Of a DNA stretch of 64,000 nucleotides, positions 9,283 through 20,877 are shown piece after piece. Every line of letters starts with the position of its first letter. Within the stretch, counting starts at the first letter, position 1. A program made the position numbers and the translations under genes. This DNA is from Macrostomum lignano (taxonomy: Eukaryota): assembly GCA_002269645.1 (NCBI GenBank), contig NIVC01002872.1, forward strand, positions 62,001-126,000. Direction: 5' to 3'. A model generated the notes under the pieces. That model was not told the origin of the DNA and did no database searches. It saw nothing but the letters and a program-made list of their open reading frames with translations.

Positions 9283-12200
9283 ATGGAGTCTGATGTATTG
9301 ACAACACTTAAAATATTAATAATTGGTGAAAGTGGAGTTGGAAAGTCAAGGTAAGAATAAGATTAAGGAAGGTCATTATGATAATAATGTCATGACAATG
9401 CCAATGCCATGTTATTGTAGTTATCTGAAGAGTCAAATATATGGCCTATAGGCTTATAAATAAAATTAGTAAGGCCTAGTAACTGTAGTGTAGGATAGGA
9501 TCCAAACCATAATTCTAAAATCCTAGGCTAAGGTCTAAGGATCTTAATTTATTGTGCTTATCTATTCTTTTTGCTTAGGCCCTATATAACTGAATTATTT
9601 ACTCTACATAAATTGTCCTATGGCCAATGATGAATGAATTATTTTTTTACTATTTTTGTAGAAATTAGTTTGATTTTTTATATATTTTTATGTACATTTG
9701 CTTTTGTTCTAGTGCATTTAAATTTGAATTTGAATTAAAAATATTGTAAAAGTTTATATGTTTTTTGTAAGTTCTGGCATACCAGCACATTGGCATATAT
9801 AGAAGGGTCCCTAGATATTTTGGTGACAAGACATTTTGGTAACAGCCTTTTTGGTAAAAATTTTTGGACGTTTCAGTGACAAATTCAGACAAATTGGTGA
9901 CACATTTAAAAAAATGAAAGTTAATTTTGATTGTAAAATAATATACTCATGAACAAGGGATAATACTCAGAGATTCAAAATTCAAATAAAGAAAAAAACC
10001 ATCTATAGTAAACTAGGACAGGTGAGTGGTAGCAAGGGATCTAGATCTATCTATGTAAGTGGTAAGCTTTGCATTGAATAATTAATGCAAGACACACTTT
10101 CAAATAAAAATGAAAAAAAATACTTAAACAAAATACTATAGTTTATATTTATTATATACTGTTTTATAATGCCTGAAAATTGTATTGTATCACACAAAAA
10201 TTGTTTTCCTTATTGCAGATACACAAAAAGATCTCTCATTATACACATTGTGTTATTATCGTGAGACATTCAATTTAAAATAAAAAACTTATTACCAAAA
10301 ATGCGAAGTGAATAAAATATTTGCGCGGTGCACGCCAAAATAATTTCTGCCTCTTGGCTGCATGCTGTGCATGCTGCACATGGCTGCCTAGGACCTTGTT
10401 GCACGCGAGAATTTTCCCAACAAAACAGCATCTTTGGGAGTAAGGGGTCTAGGGCCTTATTGATTGATTATAATTGCAAAGTCAAGGAAATTTATATAAA
10501 AAAGAATAATATTTTTATGAATATATTTTAATAGTTATTGTTAGTTAATTATTAGCTCATATAGCTATAGCTAGTATATACATTGGTTGGTTAATTGTTA
10601 CATTAAAATCAAACATTCGTAAATGCATATACATTTATTTTAAGTTTAAAGAAGAAGATAGCATGATTTATTTACTATTTAGAGCATTTATAACTATTGC
10701 AACTCAATTTCCAAAATACCAAATATTTAAATGTGAAAATATACATGGCATAGCAATTTAAGATTATTGTGGATTTAAATGGGTTTTACAACAGAAAAAA
10801 AAGCCAATTATAGTCTTCAAAAATTAATTGCAGAAATTTGAAAGTATAGAAGTTGCCAATTGGCAATAAATTATAGTAATAGCAGGAGAAGAATCCTATT
10901 CAAAGTGATTAATACATGTAAATATTATGAATTAAAGAGTGTTATAGTAAATAACTTTTCAATTGTTTGCTAACAGATAGATAGCTATTAGCATACATGC
11001 GCAACTTTGGGATTCACTCGGCCGTTTCTATTGGCAACACACGCATGTAAGTCGCTATTGGACAGAACAGTAGTCACGTGACTGCTCTCAGCCAATAGCA
11101 ACTTACATGCGTGTGTTGCCAATAGAAACGGCCGGTGAATCCCAAGGTTGCGCCCAAGCATGGCTATTAGCATAGCATGCTACATGTTGCTCTAGATACA
11201 GGTATATCCATGTAGAATATGTTGCATAATGATACAGTGTGTAAAATAAGTGGCTTGCCATGTTGCCTTGGCTGATTGACCTTTTATTGAATAGGTGCAC
11301 ATGACCCAATTATGTGTATAGATAAAACAAAGTCAGTATGTCAGTGACGAAATCAACATAAACAATAAAATTGACAAGTTTTAAGTATTAACTCTTGTTC
11401 ATGAGTATATTGTCTTATAGACAAAATTAACTTTCACTTAAAATATGTCACCAAATTGTCTAAATTTGTCACCCAAACATCCAAAATTGTCACCAAAAAG
11501 GCTGTCACCAAAATGTCTAGGGACCTATAGAAGTGGTACTTTATTTCTTAGAAATATTAGCTTTAAGACTTATGCAAAAACATTAATATTTGTTTTACTA
11601 CATAAAATATTTTAAATATTCTATTTTTGTTTTAACTATATCCAAAATTTTACTATACATGGAGCCAAGTTAGGGGAGAAAAAGCAACCTATTTATACAT
11701 AAAGCTTAAGCTTAAATATTGAACTTGTTCAATTAAATTCATTCCTAGATTCTAGGAATGAATAGGAATGAATAGGAATTGATAAGAGATCCTAAGAAGT
11801 GTTTTGAAAAACTCACTAAGGGAATTGGGAATACATACAAAGTGAGTGCTAAGAGCAAACATTATGAAATTGGGTAGGGTTGCTCACTTAACAACAATTA
11901 AGTAGATGAGTCAAACATGATGAGTAAGTAGATGAGTGTTTGACTCTTAATGTTTGAAGAGTCAAACATTATGACTCTAATCTCAGTAATGCTTAGACTA
12001 AAATATAGTTTATATACCAATAAGACTGCTTAGGCCAAAAGTACATAGATGCTACTAGACTTATACAGAGACACTGCTAGACTTATGCTGAAGACACTAC
12101 TAAAAGTATATTAAGAGCACTACCAGAATCATACTAAGATCAATAGAAAGTAGGAAGAAACCCCTGATACAACTTGGTGGCTCAGTGGTAAGATTAAAGT

Positions 12201-14482
12201 CAACCCTGTTACAACTTGGTGGCAGTGGTGGGATTGAAGTCAACCCTGTTACAACTTGGTGGCAGTGGTGGGATTGAAGTCAACCCTGTTACAACTTGGT
12301 GGCTCAGTGGTGGGATTGAAGTCAACCCTGTTACAACTTAGTGGCAGTGGTGGGATTGAAGTCAACCCTGTTACAACTTGGTGGCAGTGGTGGGATTGAA
12401 GTCAACCCTGTTACAACTTGGTGGCAGTGGTGGGATTGAAGTCAACTCTGTTACAACTTGGTGGCAGTGGTGGGATTGAAGTCAACCCTGTTACAACTTG
12501 GTGGCAGTGGTGGGATTAAAGTCAACCCTGTTACAACTTGGTGGCAGTGGTGGGATTGAAGTCAACCCTGTTACAACTTGGTGGCTCAGTGGTGGGATTG
12601 AAGTCAACCCTGTTACAACTTGGTGGCAGTGGTGGGATTGAAGTCAACCCTGTTACAACTTGGTGGCAGTGGTGGGATTGAAGTCAACCCTGTTACAACT
12701 TAGTGGCAGTGGTGGGATTGAAGTCAACCCTGTTACAACTTGGTGGCAGTGGTGGGATTGAAGTCAACCCTGTTACAACTTAGTGGCAGTGGTGGGATTG
12801 AAGTCAACCCTGTTACAACTTGGTGGCAGTGGTGGGATTGAAGTCAACCCTGTTACAACTTGGTGGCAGTGGTGGGATTGAAGTCAACCCTGTTACAACT
12901 TGGTGGCAGTGGTGGGATTGAAGTCAACCCTGTTACAACTTGGTGGCAGTGGTGGGATTGAAGTCAACCCTGTTACAACTTGGTGGCAGTGGTGGGATTG
13001 AAGTCAACCCTGTTACAACTTGGTGGCAGTGGTGGGATTGAAGTCAACCCTGTTACATATGCATTCATAATTGTTCAATTTTTAGACATGTACCCAACAT
13101 GATCTAGACTATGGTATATAGTACAAGCATAAAGTACATGAAACTTTGACTAGTTATCTAGTCATAAGCCCACAAGCCACACAGTAGATCTATCTAATAT
13201 GCAGAGTTGAAGATGGAGATTTAGACATTAATTTTTTGCATAAAGTTGAAACAGAAAACAGATTTAGATACCATAGATTGTTTTGACATCCATGGGTTTA
13301 GGCCATGTATACCATGCATATAAAATATTCATGTCTTATTCATGTACAAATCATGTTTAAATTTTTAGCCTGCTCCTAAGATTTGTGGACAATACATTTG
13401 ACAATGATCAGCCTGCCACTATTGGTAAGTGTTAAATATTAACATAGCTATCGATTATACATTATATTGTATACTCCTAAATGTACAATCTAACATCAAA
13501 TTTCAGGTGTTGACTTCAAAGTGAAGACTATCACTGTTGATGGGAACAAGGCAAAATTAGCCATCTGGGTGAGGTTTTCACGTTTTTACACTTTGTAAAA
13601 ATTATTTTTTGGTTTATTTCCATTGTTATTGAATGTTGACACCATATTTTTTCTACCACAGGACACGGCAGGTCAGGAGCGATTTCGCACTTTAACTCCC
13701 AGCTATTATCGCAATGCTCAGGGCGTCATTCTGGTGTACGATGTGGCCAAAAAGGACACATTTATGCGATTGGAGAACTGGCTCAATGAGTTAGCCACTT
13801 TTGCCAATAGAAATAATCTTGTCAAGATGCTGGTTGGCAATAAGATTGACTGCGTAAGCACTTCAATTTTATAGCAAACTATTTGTCACTAAAATCACTT
13901 TAACAAGAAGACTGGTATAACATGATCCCCAGCTAGACATGACACTGGGATGACATGATCCCCAGCTAGACATGACACTGGGATGACATGATCCCCAGCT
14001 AGACATGACAGTAGGATGACATGATCTTCAACTAGACATGACACTGAGAGGACATGATCCCCAGCTAGACATGACACTGGGATGACATGATCCCCAGCTA
14101 GACATGACACTGGGATGACATGATCCCCAGCTAGACATGACACTGGGATGACACGATTCCCAGCTAGACATGACACTGGGATGGCGTGATCTTCAACTAG
14201 TGTTAAATGTCGAGTTTATGTCAGCACATAACTCACCTGTACACCTCTCAGACCGATCGCGAGGTGACCCGAGACGAGGGCCTTCGGTTTGCACGCAGGC
14301 ATCACATGCTGTTCATCGAGGCCAGCGCCAAGACCAACGAGGGCGTTAAGACCGCCTTCGAGGAGCTGGTGGAGAAGATCATCCAGACGCCTGGGCTCTG
14401 GGAGGCTGCCGGACCGGACGGCATCGCCCTCAGCAGCGGAGGCCAACAGCAGCCACAGGCCTCCGGCGGCTGTTCCTGTTGA
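9283..14482 (+). CDS. RAB18: Ras-related protein Rab-18; join(9283-9350,13369-13424,13507-13568,13662-13853,14252-14482), 202 aa
   Basis: [77 protein letters not shown]-terminal CSC prenylation motif. All introns GT-AG; total 609 nt in frame. Confidence 0.97.
9806..11525. mobile_element. Non-autonomous Merlin-like DNA transposon (1720 bp) in Rab18 intron 1
   Basis: About 150-bp imperfect TIRs starting GGTCCCTAGA with TTTTGGTGACA subrepeats; perfect 8-bp TSD TATAGAAG (9798-9805, 11526-11533). GG termini plus 8-bp TSD fit Merlin. Confidence 0.8.
10992..11162. mobile_element. Palindromic MITE copy 1 (P- or hAT-type), nested in the Merlin-like element
   Basis: About 65-bp inverted arms around a central GTCACGTGAC; CAT-starting ends; 8-bp TSD GCTATTAG (10984-10991, 11163-11170). 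Confidence 0.85.
12161..13057. repeat. 40-bp minisatellite (about 22 copies) GTCAACCCTGTTACAACTTGGTGGCAGTGGTGGGATTGAA
   Basis: Near-perfect tandem in Rab18 intron 1. Confidence 0.97.
13920..14200. repeat. 33-bp minisatellite (about 8 copies) GACATGATCCCCAGCTAGACATGACACTGGGAT in Rab18 intron 4
   Basis: Directly visible tandem; explains ORF 13895-14176. Confidence 0.95.
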
Positions 14483-15187
14483 CCCAAATCAGTGTTTTTT
14501 GTAAACATGATGCTTTCTATATAAATTATTTTTAGCTTGCACCTATCTAGAGGATAAACTGCCTGTAAGCCAGATAAAAGTACACTTTTATTTATACCTC
14601 TCTCAATATATAATTTTTGACAAATTATTTCTTTGGCAAAAATAGCAACTCCTAGCGAGAAACAGACTTCTATAGTAAAGATTCTACATTGGTAAAGTTC
14701 TAAAACATTTCTTGGCCACAGATCAATATTCATTGATTTTGAGCCAAAGAAAGTGACGTCTTAGTGTGTCATTGAGTTCGTATTCTGTTTAGGGACCAAA
14801 GTAAGGGAAGGTTTTACGCCATCATTATCACGAGTGTACAGTTTGAACTATTTTTAAGAATGTACATCTCATCTCAATTTAATACTTGCATGCACTGACT
14901 GTTGAAGCTTTGGTTTGGAGCCTTTGCACGTCTCACCATTTTTCTTCTTCTGTATATGACAGTACACTGCGAATTTTATGTTACTACTAAAGTGAAAAAG
15001 CACTGAAGGATGAGAACCTGCTTAGTGTTGAGTACGATTTCTGGTCTTTCTACAGTAACGTCCTGCTATTGCCTATTTTTCCCGTACTGATGATAGCTCT
15101 GCCGATTTACATGTGCGTAAATTGTGTCATTTAAAAATTGGAGAAAAATTTAATCAGCATGTATTTTTCCTGCTAATTGTATAATTT

Positions 15188-15649
15188 AGTACACCACAGA
15201 TACTAGAATAACTACATGGGCCACTCAGCACATTTGCGTGTATGCTACTTTCAGTTCAGTAGTAAGTTAAACCAGAAGCATTTTAATGTATTTTTAAAGC
15301 CAAGGCTTATTTATTGGCCCTGACCCCCCAGCTAAACCCTCCAACCGCGCCTTTCTACTTTACCCTCCGCCCCGCCCCAATTTTATTGCCTTTCTCGGAA
15401 TTGCAGCCTAAAGCTGCCATGTACATTTCGGTGGACTGGCCAATGTACATTATTGCTGAACCAATTAGCAAGTTGTTTACGCCTGCAAGCTTTGGGCTTC
15501 TAAACTTATCAAAGTCATTTCAGCTGCCTTTATTTTTATAAAATAGCTTATGTATTCTTCTTTGCTACTGAACTGAAAGTAGAAAACTGTTTTACTAAGT
15601 ATGTGCCTGAGTGGCCCATCCAGTTATTTTTGTATCTGTGATTAGTACT
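15188..15649. mobile_element. Foldback/MITE-like element, superfamily unassigned
   Basis: Perfect 18-bp inverted repeat CTACTTTCAGTTCAGTAG (15245-15262 / 15565-15582) plus outer inverted arms ATGGGCCACTCAG and CACAGATAC; no clear TSD. Confidence 0.65.
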
Positions 15650-16059
15650 TTGGTTAACTATTCTTGCTATAAAGAATTTAAACCATTATTTTTTATTTTG
15701 TGTAAATACATGTAAGTGCATAAATTTTTGTTTCACATATTAATCTTATTTACTGCTGTTTTATTCAGTTCTATAGTGATTTGGTGTCTATAACGATACT
15801 ACTTAGTTACAGATAACTATGAGTAGTATTTCGATTCGATTCAAATTCAAGTCTTGCATGGTTGATTTGCGATTTTTCCTCCTATATCTGTATGCAGACG
15901 CCTAATATTTAATTTATAAGCAAGTTCCTACCGCTTACTTGCCGTGGTAATGGCTATATAAACGTGCATATACAGTTTGTTCACTTATCAGAGTGGACAC
16001 ATTTTGTTGATATCCTATATCAAATGCATAATCGGATACTTCATTTGTTTTAATTTTTA

Positions 16060-16300
16060 TTACACCTGCTCTAATAGGCAGATGTGCAACCGACAGCATC
16101 TGAAGGCTGCGTACGGCTGTTCAGTCCAAGGACTGGGGGGTCGCCACACAGCCTCAATTACCCCAGCTAATGCTGGCACCCATTTTACAGCCGGGTGAAC
16201 TGCAGCAATGCAGAGTTAAGTGTCTTGCTCAAGGACACAAATTGTGTCGAGTGGGTCGAGATTCGAATCCCGGAACTTTCAACCACTATGCTACAGCGCC
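16060..16300 (-). mobile_element. tRNA-derived CORE-like SINE, family 1
   Basis: Minus strand: degenerate A/B-box head, then GTGTCCTTGAGCAAGACACTTAAC...CTGTAAAATGGG resembling the MIR/CORE domain; homologous to 46622 and 62315. Confidence 0.8.
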
Positions 16301-17424
16301 TTTTGTTGCATTTTATTATTTTTCTATTAAAAACTTAACTACTGCCAATAGCAGCCGCTGATGCTTGCAACTGCATATCTAAGAGCGCAGAGACCATGAG
16401 TTATTTCATTCAAAGCCGCTTTAGTTCCAGGTCACTTTAATCCAATTTTCTCCGAATGCAAATCTCCGAAGTTTGATACCAGAAAATTCATTTCTCCGAA
16501 AAGCAATTTCTTTTATAACTCCGACACATCATACCTTCGAAAAATAAGCAATGGACCATATCTCTGAAATTAAACTTCATATCCACGTATCTCCGCTAGG
16601 GTTAGGGCCTGCGCTCCACTTCCTGTGTTTTTTTTCAAATCCAATTTGTTTTAATAAAAAATACTGGAGTCAATTTAGTATCTTATTTTATTCTACAATT
16701 TACTAAAGACACTTGGCTATATACGCTCGTATGCTCATTGCTATTTATAAGGCACAGTTTAACGCAAACAATAACGTCTAATGAAGCATGAGTAAATGGT
16801 GAGTCGCACTGCTTTTTCTATTAAGGTTTTATTATAAAAGCTACAACCTTGTTTTATAATAACCCAAAACCAAGAATGTTATTGTATAAACACCAACCAT
16901 ATTCCACACAAAGCAGATTTTAAGATCTTTCGCATCGAGGCTTAACACAAAAAATCACTTTATTTGCATATGATTTTGTTTATAATGCCCTTGGTACTGC
17001 AAGACTATTCCTATGCACCCATTGGACCCCTATACTTGTTACTAATTAAGTTAACTAATTAGTCATTCCAAGACTTCCTCCACTCATGAAAATAACTAAG
17101 TAGTCGAGAGCCACAACAAAAAGTGCAAGTAAAGGTAACTTAGTGAGTCCTTTGGCATCAAGCTGAATATATGTACATTTTTATTATTGTCTTTTCAACA
17201 AAAACGCTTTTGATTTAATGTAGATTAGCTTGATTGGAAGGATTTGGATTAAGCTATGCTAATTCTGTGTGTGATACCGGGAATAGATATGTTCACTACT
17301 AATTTGGTTCATTGTATGCTGAACGCCAGAAAGGAAGATTGCTTGAATAAGCTGTATGGGTAGCTTTATTTTATCAATGGGTTCGAGATTAAGTCCAACG
17401 TCAACTCAGGCCCTTTTCAGCGCC

Positions 17425-18343
17425 TCAGCACGCCTTTTCGGCCGCGATCGTCTCAGCGTCGGGCAGACTGTCGCGGACTTTCGTTTCAACGCGGCGCAGC
17501 GGCGCGCCCTTCGTAATTTCCTCGCGCAGTTGCTGCTCTCGACGCTCCTGGAGGATGTCTCCAGCGTCTGGCATGCTGATGCGCACCTTCGTGTCTACAG
17601 GGTTCAGCTTGTGTACTTTCTCAATTTCGCTTCGCAGCTGCAACTCCTGCGTGCGGTGCGGAGATGATGGATTAGATTTAGGCTTTACATGCATGTACCT
17701 AAGGATGGGGATCTTATATTGCCAACCAAAACATCTACCAAGCTACTCTAACAGACGACTAGGAGTGATACGCGGTCCAATTGTGCGATTCGACAGAGAA
17801 TAAGCTGCTTCTTTTTCGGTTGCTTTTTATTTGCATCAGCCGCGTGATGACTCAATTTAGACCAACTGGCACGAACTCTAAGCGGTTGCTCACCTGCTTC
17901 TCCTGGGCGATCGCCTCCGCACCCGGCAGGCTGTTCCGCACCTCTACGTCGACGTGATTTAATTTCGGCCTTCCCTTGATGCCCTCGTGCAGCTCGTGCT
18001 CCTGCTTCTCCTGGGCGATCGCCTCCGCACCTGGCAGGCTGTTCCGCACCTCTACGTCGACGTGATTTAATTTCGGCCTTCTCTTGATGCCCTCGTGCAG
18101 CTCGTGCTCCTGCTTCTCCTGGGCGATGACGCTGGCATCTGGCAGGACGACTTTCTCCTCCACCTTGGCGACATGATTCAGCTGGAGGCCCTGCTCAATT
18201 TCGGAGCGTAGTTGAGTCTCTTTTCGTTCAGACTTGAGCTGCTCACTGTTGGGTAGAACCAATTTCTCCGTGACTTTGACGTGGTTCATCTTGTCTCTGT
18301 CGAAGTCGCTGATGTCAGCGAGAACCGCGCTAGGGTTGGCCAT
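17425..18343 (-). CDS. Multi-repeat beta-thymosin/WH2 actin-binding protein (ciboulot/tetrathymosin-like); join(complement 18343-17894,17646-17425), 223 aa, 6 repeats
   Basis: DISDFDRDKMNHVKVTEKLVLP and five further LxxV..xxLP...EK repeats; donor CAG|GTGAGC after 17894, acceptor CGCAG|GAG at 17646, phase 0. Confidence 0.9.
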
Positions 18344-19264
18344 GGCTTTGAGACGGCAGGGAATTGGAGCTTTTTATTATTGTTGTTGTTGTGGATTAGG
18401 CTCGCTTGGGTCCTTGCTCCAGGCCTGTTGTATAATGTATATATATAGCTTACCCAATGCAGATCACAATTCTTTCTATTTCTTACCCTGTTTTTCTAGC
18501 CAACCGCCTCAGCACTACCAATCCTGCTTGAGCTTGCCCGCTGTGAGTAAGACTGCTGGTGCTGCTGTAGTTCGTAGCAATTTTAAATAAAATGCGAAGA
18601 TCTCTCTCTCTCTCCTCCTCTCTCTTTCTTTTTCTGTCTCGTTTAGTAATTGCGGAAAGGACAGACGATAATGGTGAGCTTCTGCCTAAATGCTCTGCAA
18701 CTTCCCCGCTCTTATTCCTGCTTCTATGAAAATAGTCTTCTTCAAAAACCAGTTGAGGGGTGTGTCTCTGTACAAAGCAAACAATGGGGTTTGGCTGTGT
18801 TGGATGGGTTAGAACGAGCTGAGGGCTTAGAACTTCGCTAAGCTGCTAGATGAGAAGCTGCTCTCTCTCTCTAGATATAAAGTGATGAAGGCCTGCGGGT
18901 GACAACCAAAGAACCTATACCCGTACGAGCGTATGTAGGGACGAGGCTTCATCACTTGACCGGTGGCTGTCTGTTTCGAAGCATCTTCCAGACCATAGTA
19001 GTAAACAGTTCTTTCTCTCTCCCTCTCTCTCTTTCTAATTCCAACTCTTATTTTCAACTGGATTGAGCTGCTTTAACCTTGCTAAAATCTAAGGCATGTT
19101 TTAGCCAATATAATCTATGTGCATTAATGAGATACTAATTTGTAAATGCTGATATTGATGTAAGCGTACTTGTTAGCAAATTGCATTGCAAGAGTATATT
19201 ATTTCAGTGTCAATTCGAAACAGACTCCGTTGACAGAGAAGACAAAACATCCTTTCTTTGTCTC

Positions 19265-19520
19265 CGTTAGGAGTTTGCTTGCAGAGAGTTAATTGGTTGC
19301 TGGGAGTTTGCTTGCAGAGAGTTAATTGCTTGCAGGGAGTTTGCTTGCAGAGAGTTAATTGCTTGCAGGGAGTTTGCTTGCAGAGAGTTAATTGCTTGCA
19401 GGGAGTTTGCTTGCAGAGAGTTAATTGCTTGCAGGGAGTTTGCTTGCAGAGAGTTAATTGCTTGCAGGGAGTTTGCTTGCAGGGAGTTTGCTTGCAGGGA
19501 GTTTGCTTGCAGGGAGTTTG
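19265..19520. repeat. 33-bp/15-bp minisatellite GGGAGTTTGCTTGCAGAGAGTTAATTGCTTGCA
   Basis: Visible tandem; explains ORFs 19258-19646. Confidence 0.93.
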
Positions 19521-19783
19521 CTTCGTACACTCCGCGCATTAGACAAGGCCAGCGTGCACTGCGTCAATCTGCAGTTCAAGAGAGTCCGTCAACGTCCAAG
19601 TCTCTGCGCAGTACAGCAGGACGGTCTCGACCAACGCCTGGAATAGCGTCGCCCAACGTCTTCAATTTTTATCTTGCCGGCATAGCTACAGCTGCATCAC
19701 GTCAAACGCATTTACCTTTCTTCGTCCCAACATTTCCAATCACGTGACCAGATAATCTATTGGAAATCGAAAACCAATCTCTA

Positions 19784-20105
19784 TTTATTAGAGACAGTAG
19801 GGCAGGGGGGCTGTGTGCAACCTGGCGCATTTTAAGCGACATTGGCACACAACCGGCGAGAGGCATTGCTGCCCATTCCGCCGACTCCCCTGAGCAGGCA
19901 CACAAGCGCGCGGATACGTACGCAGTCATACGCACAGGCACACACTTACACAGGAGTGTACAGCGGCCCTAACTTTATTTATCGTTAGGCATGTACACTT
20001 CACTGTGCCTTGGGGGTTGGCCCTCAAGGGCGTTAATTGCACGAGCAGAGCCAAGCCGAGATTCCAATTCAGCCCCAAATTAATGTGACTGCACTTGGAA
20101 TCGAG
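19784..20105 (-). mobile_element. tRNA-derived SINE family 2, 5'-truncated
   Basis: Highly similar to 41826-42186, 46962-47282 and 61400-61755; CTCTAATAAA tail. Confidence 0.88.
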
Positions 20106-20877
20106 TGTGAGGTTGCGTTTGATTTGTGAATTTGGGGTGGGGGCTGCTCTCTTATTACTTGCATCTTGATTTACTCTGTGCATGCCCTCCACCCCAGTTG
20201 GGTGAGTCATTTTATTACCTTTCTATCACTGACAATATAATCGCTCCCTATAGTTATCGTGCATGCCAAATAATATACTTCGTGAATTCCAATATACTAA
20301 AAATGGTCTGTCTGTGTCTATCTATCTATCTATCTATCTATCTATGTGATCGATTAGAGAAAAAATGGCTGGACCGATTTTGTTCGAACTTGCACTGTTC
20401 GATCAGAAATTTTCCCGTGACGGTACATGCATCGTGGCTAAGAAATTGCTCAATGCTAGAGGCATTAAATATTCGAAAAACATGCTTTTTTGCAAAGGTC
20501 AAGCAAACTTTTTGACTTGAAATGCATTGTAAGAATGCTAGAGAAAAAACTGACTGGTTGAATTCTGACTCTGAAATAGATTGCATCATAACTGAATTGT
20601 AACTCTGACTTGAATTGAAAATGCAGTGTGGAAGCCTAGCACCAGACTTGATTTAAATTGCGTAACCATATTGTTAACTGATACTGACTGACTGAGAAAC
20701 TGATTATGTCATAACTGCTTCGTGTGATTTACTCTATGCTTGGATTTTAAACTGTTGAATTATATATATATGTGCAAAATTTGATAAATGCAGCGACGAT
20801 GGTTCGAATTTTCATAGAATATAATTTTTTCAATTAAAGCTTTTCAACGTCAGGAAAACTAAAAGACTTTTTAAAAA

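Noticed and set aside
12161-13057. CRISPR-like appearance of this and other regular arrays
   Set aside because: Units are contiguous with no unique spacers, there are no cas genes, and the context is eukaryotic introns.
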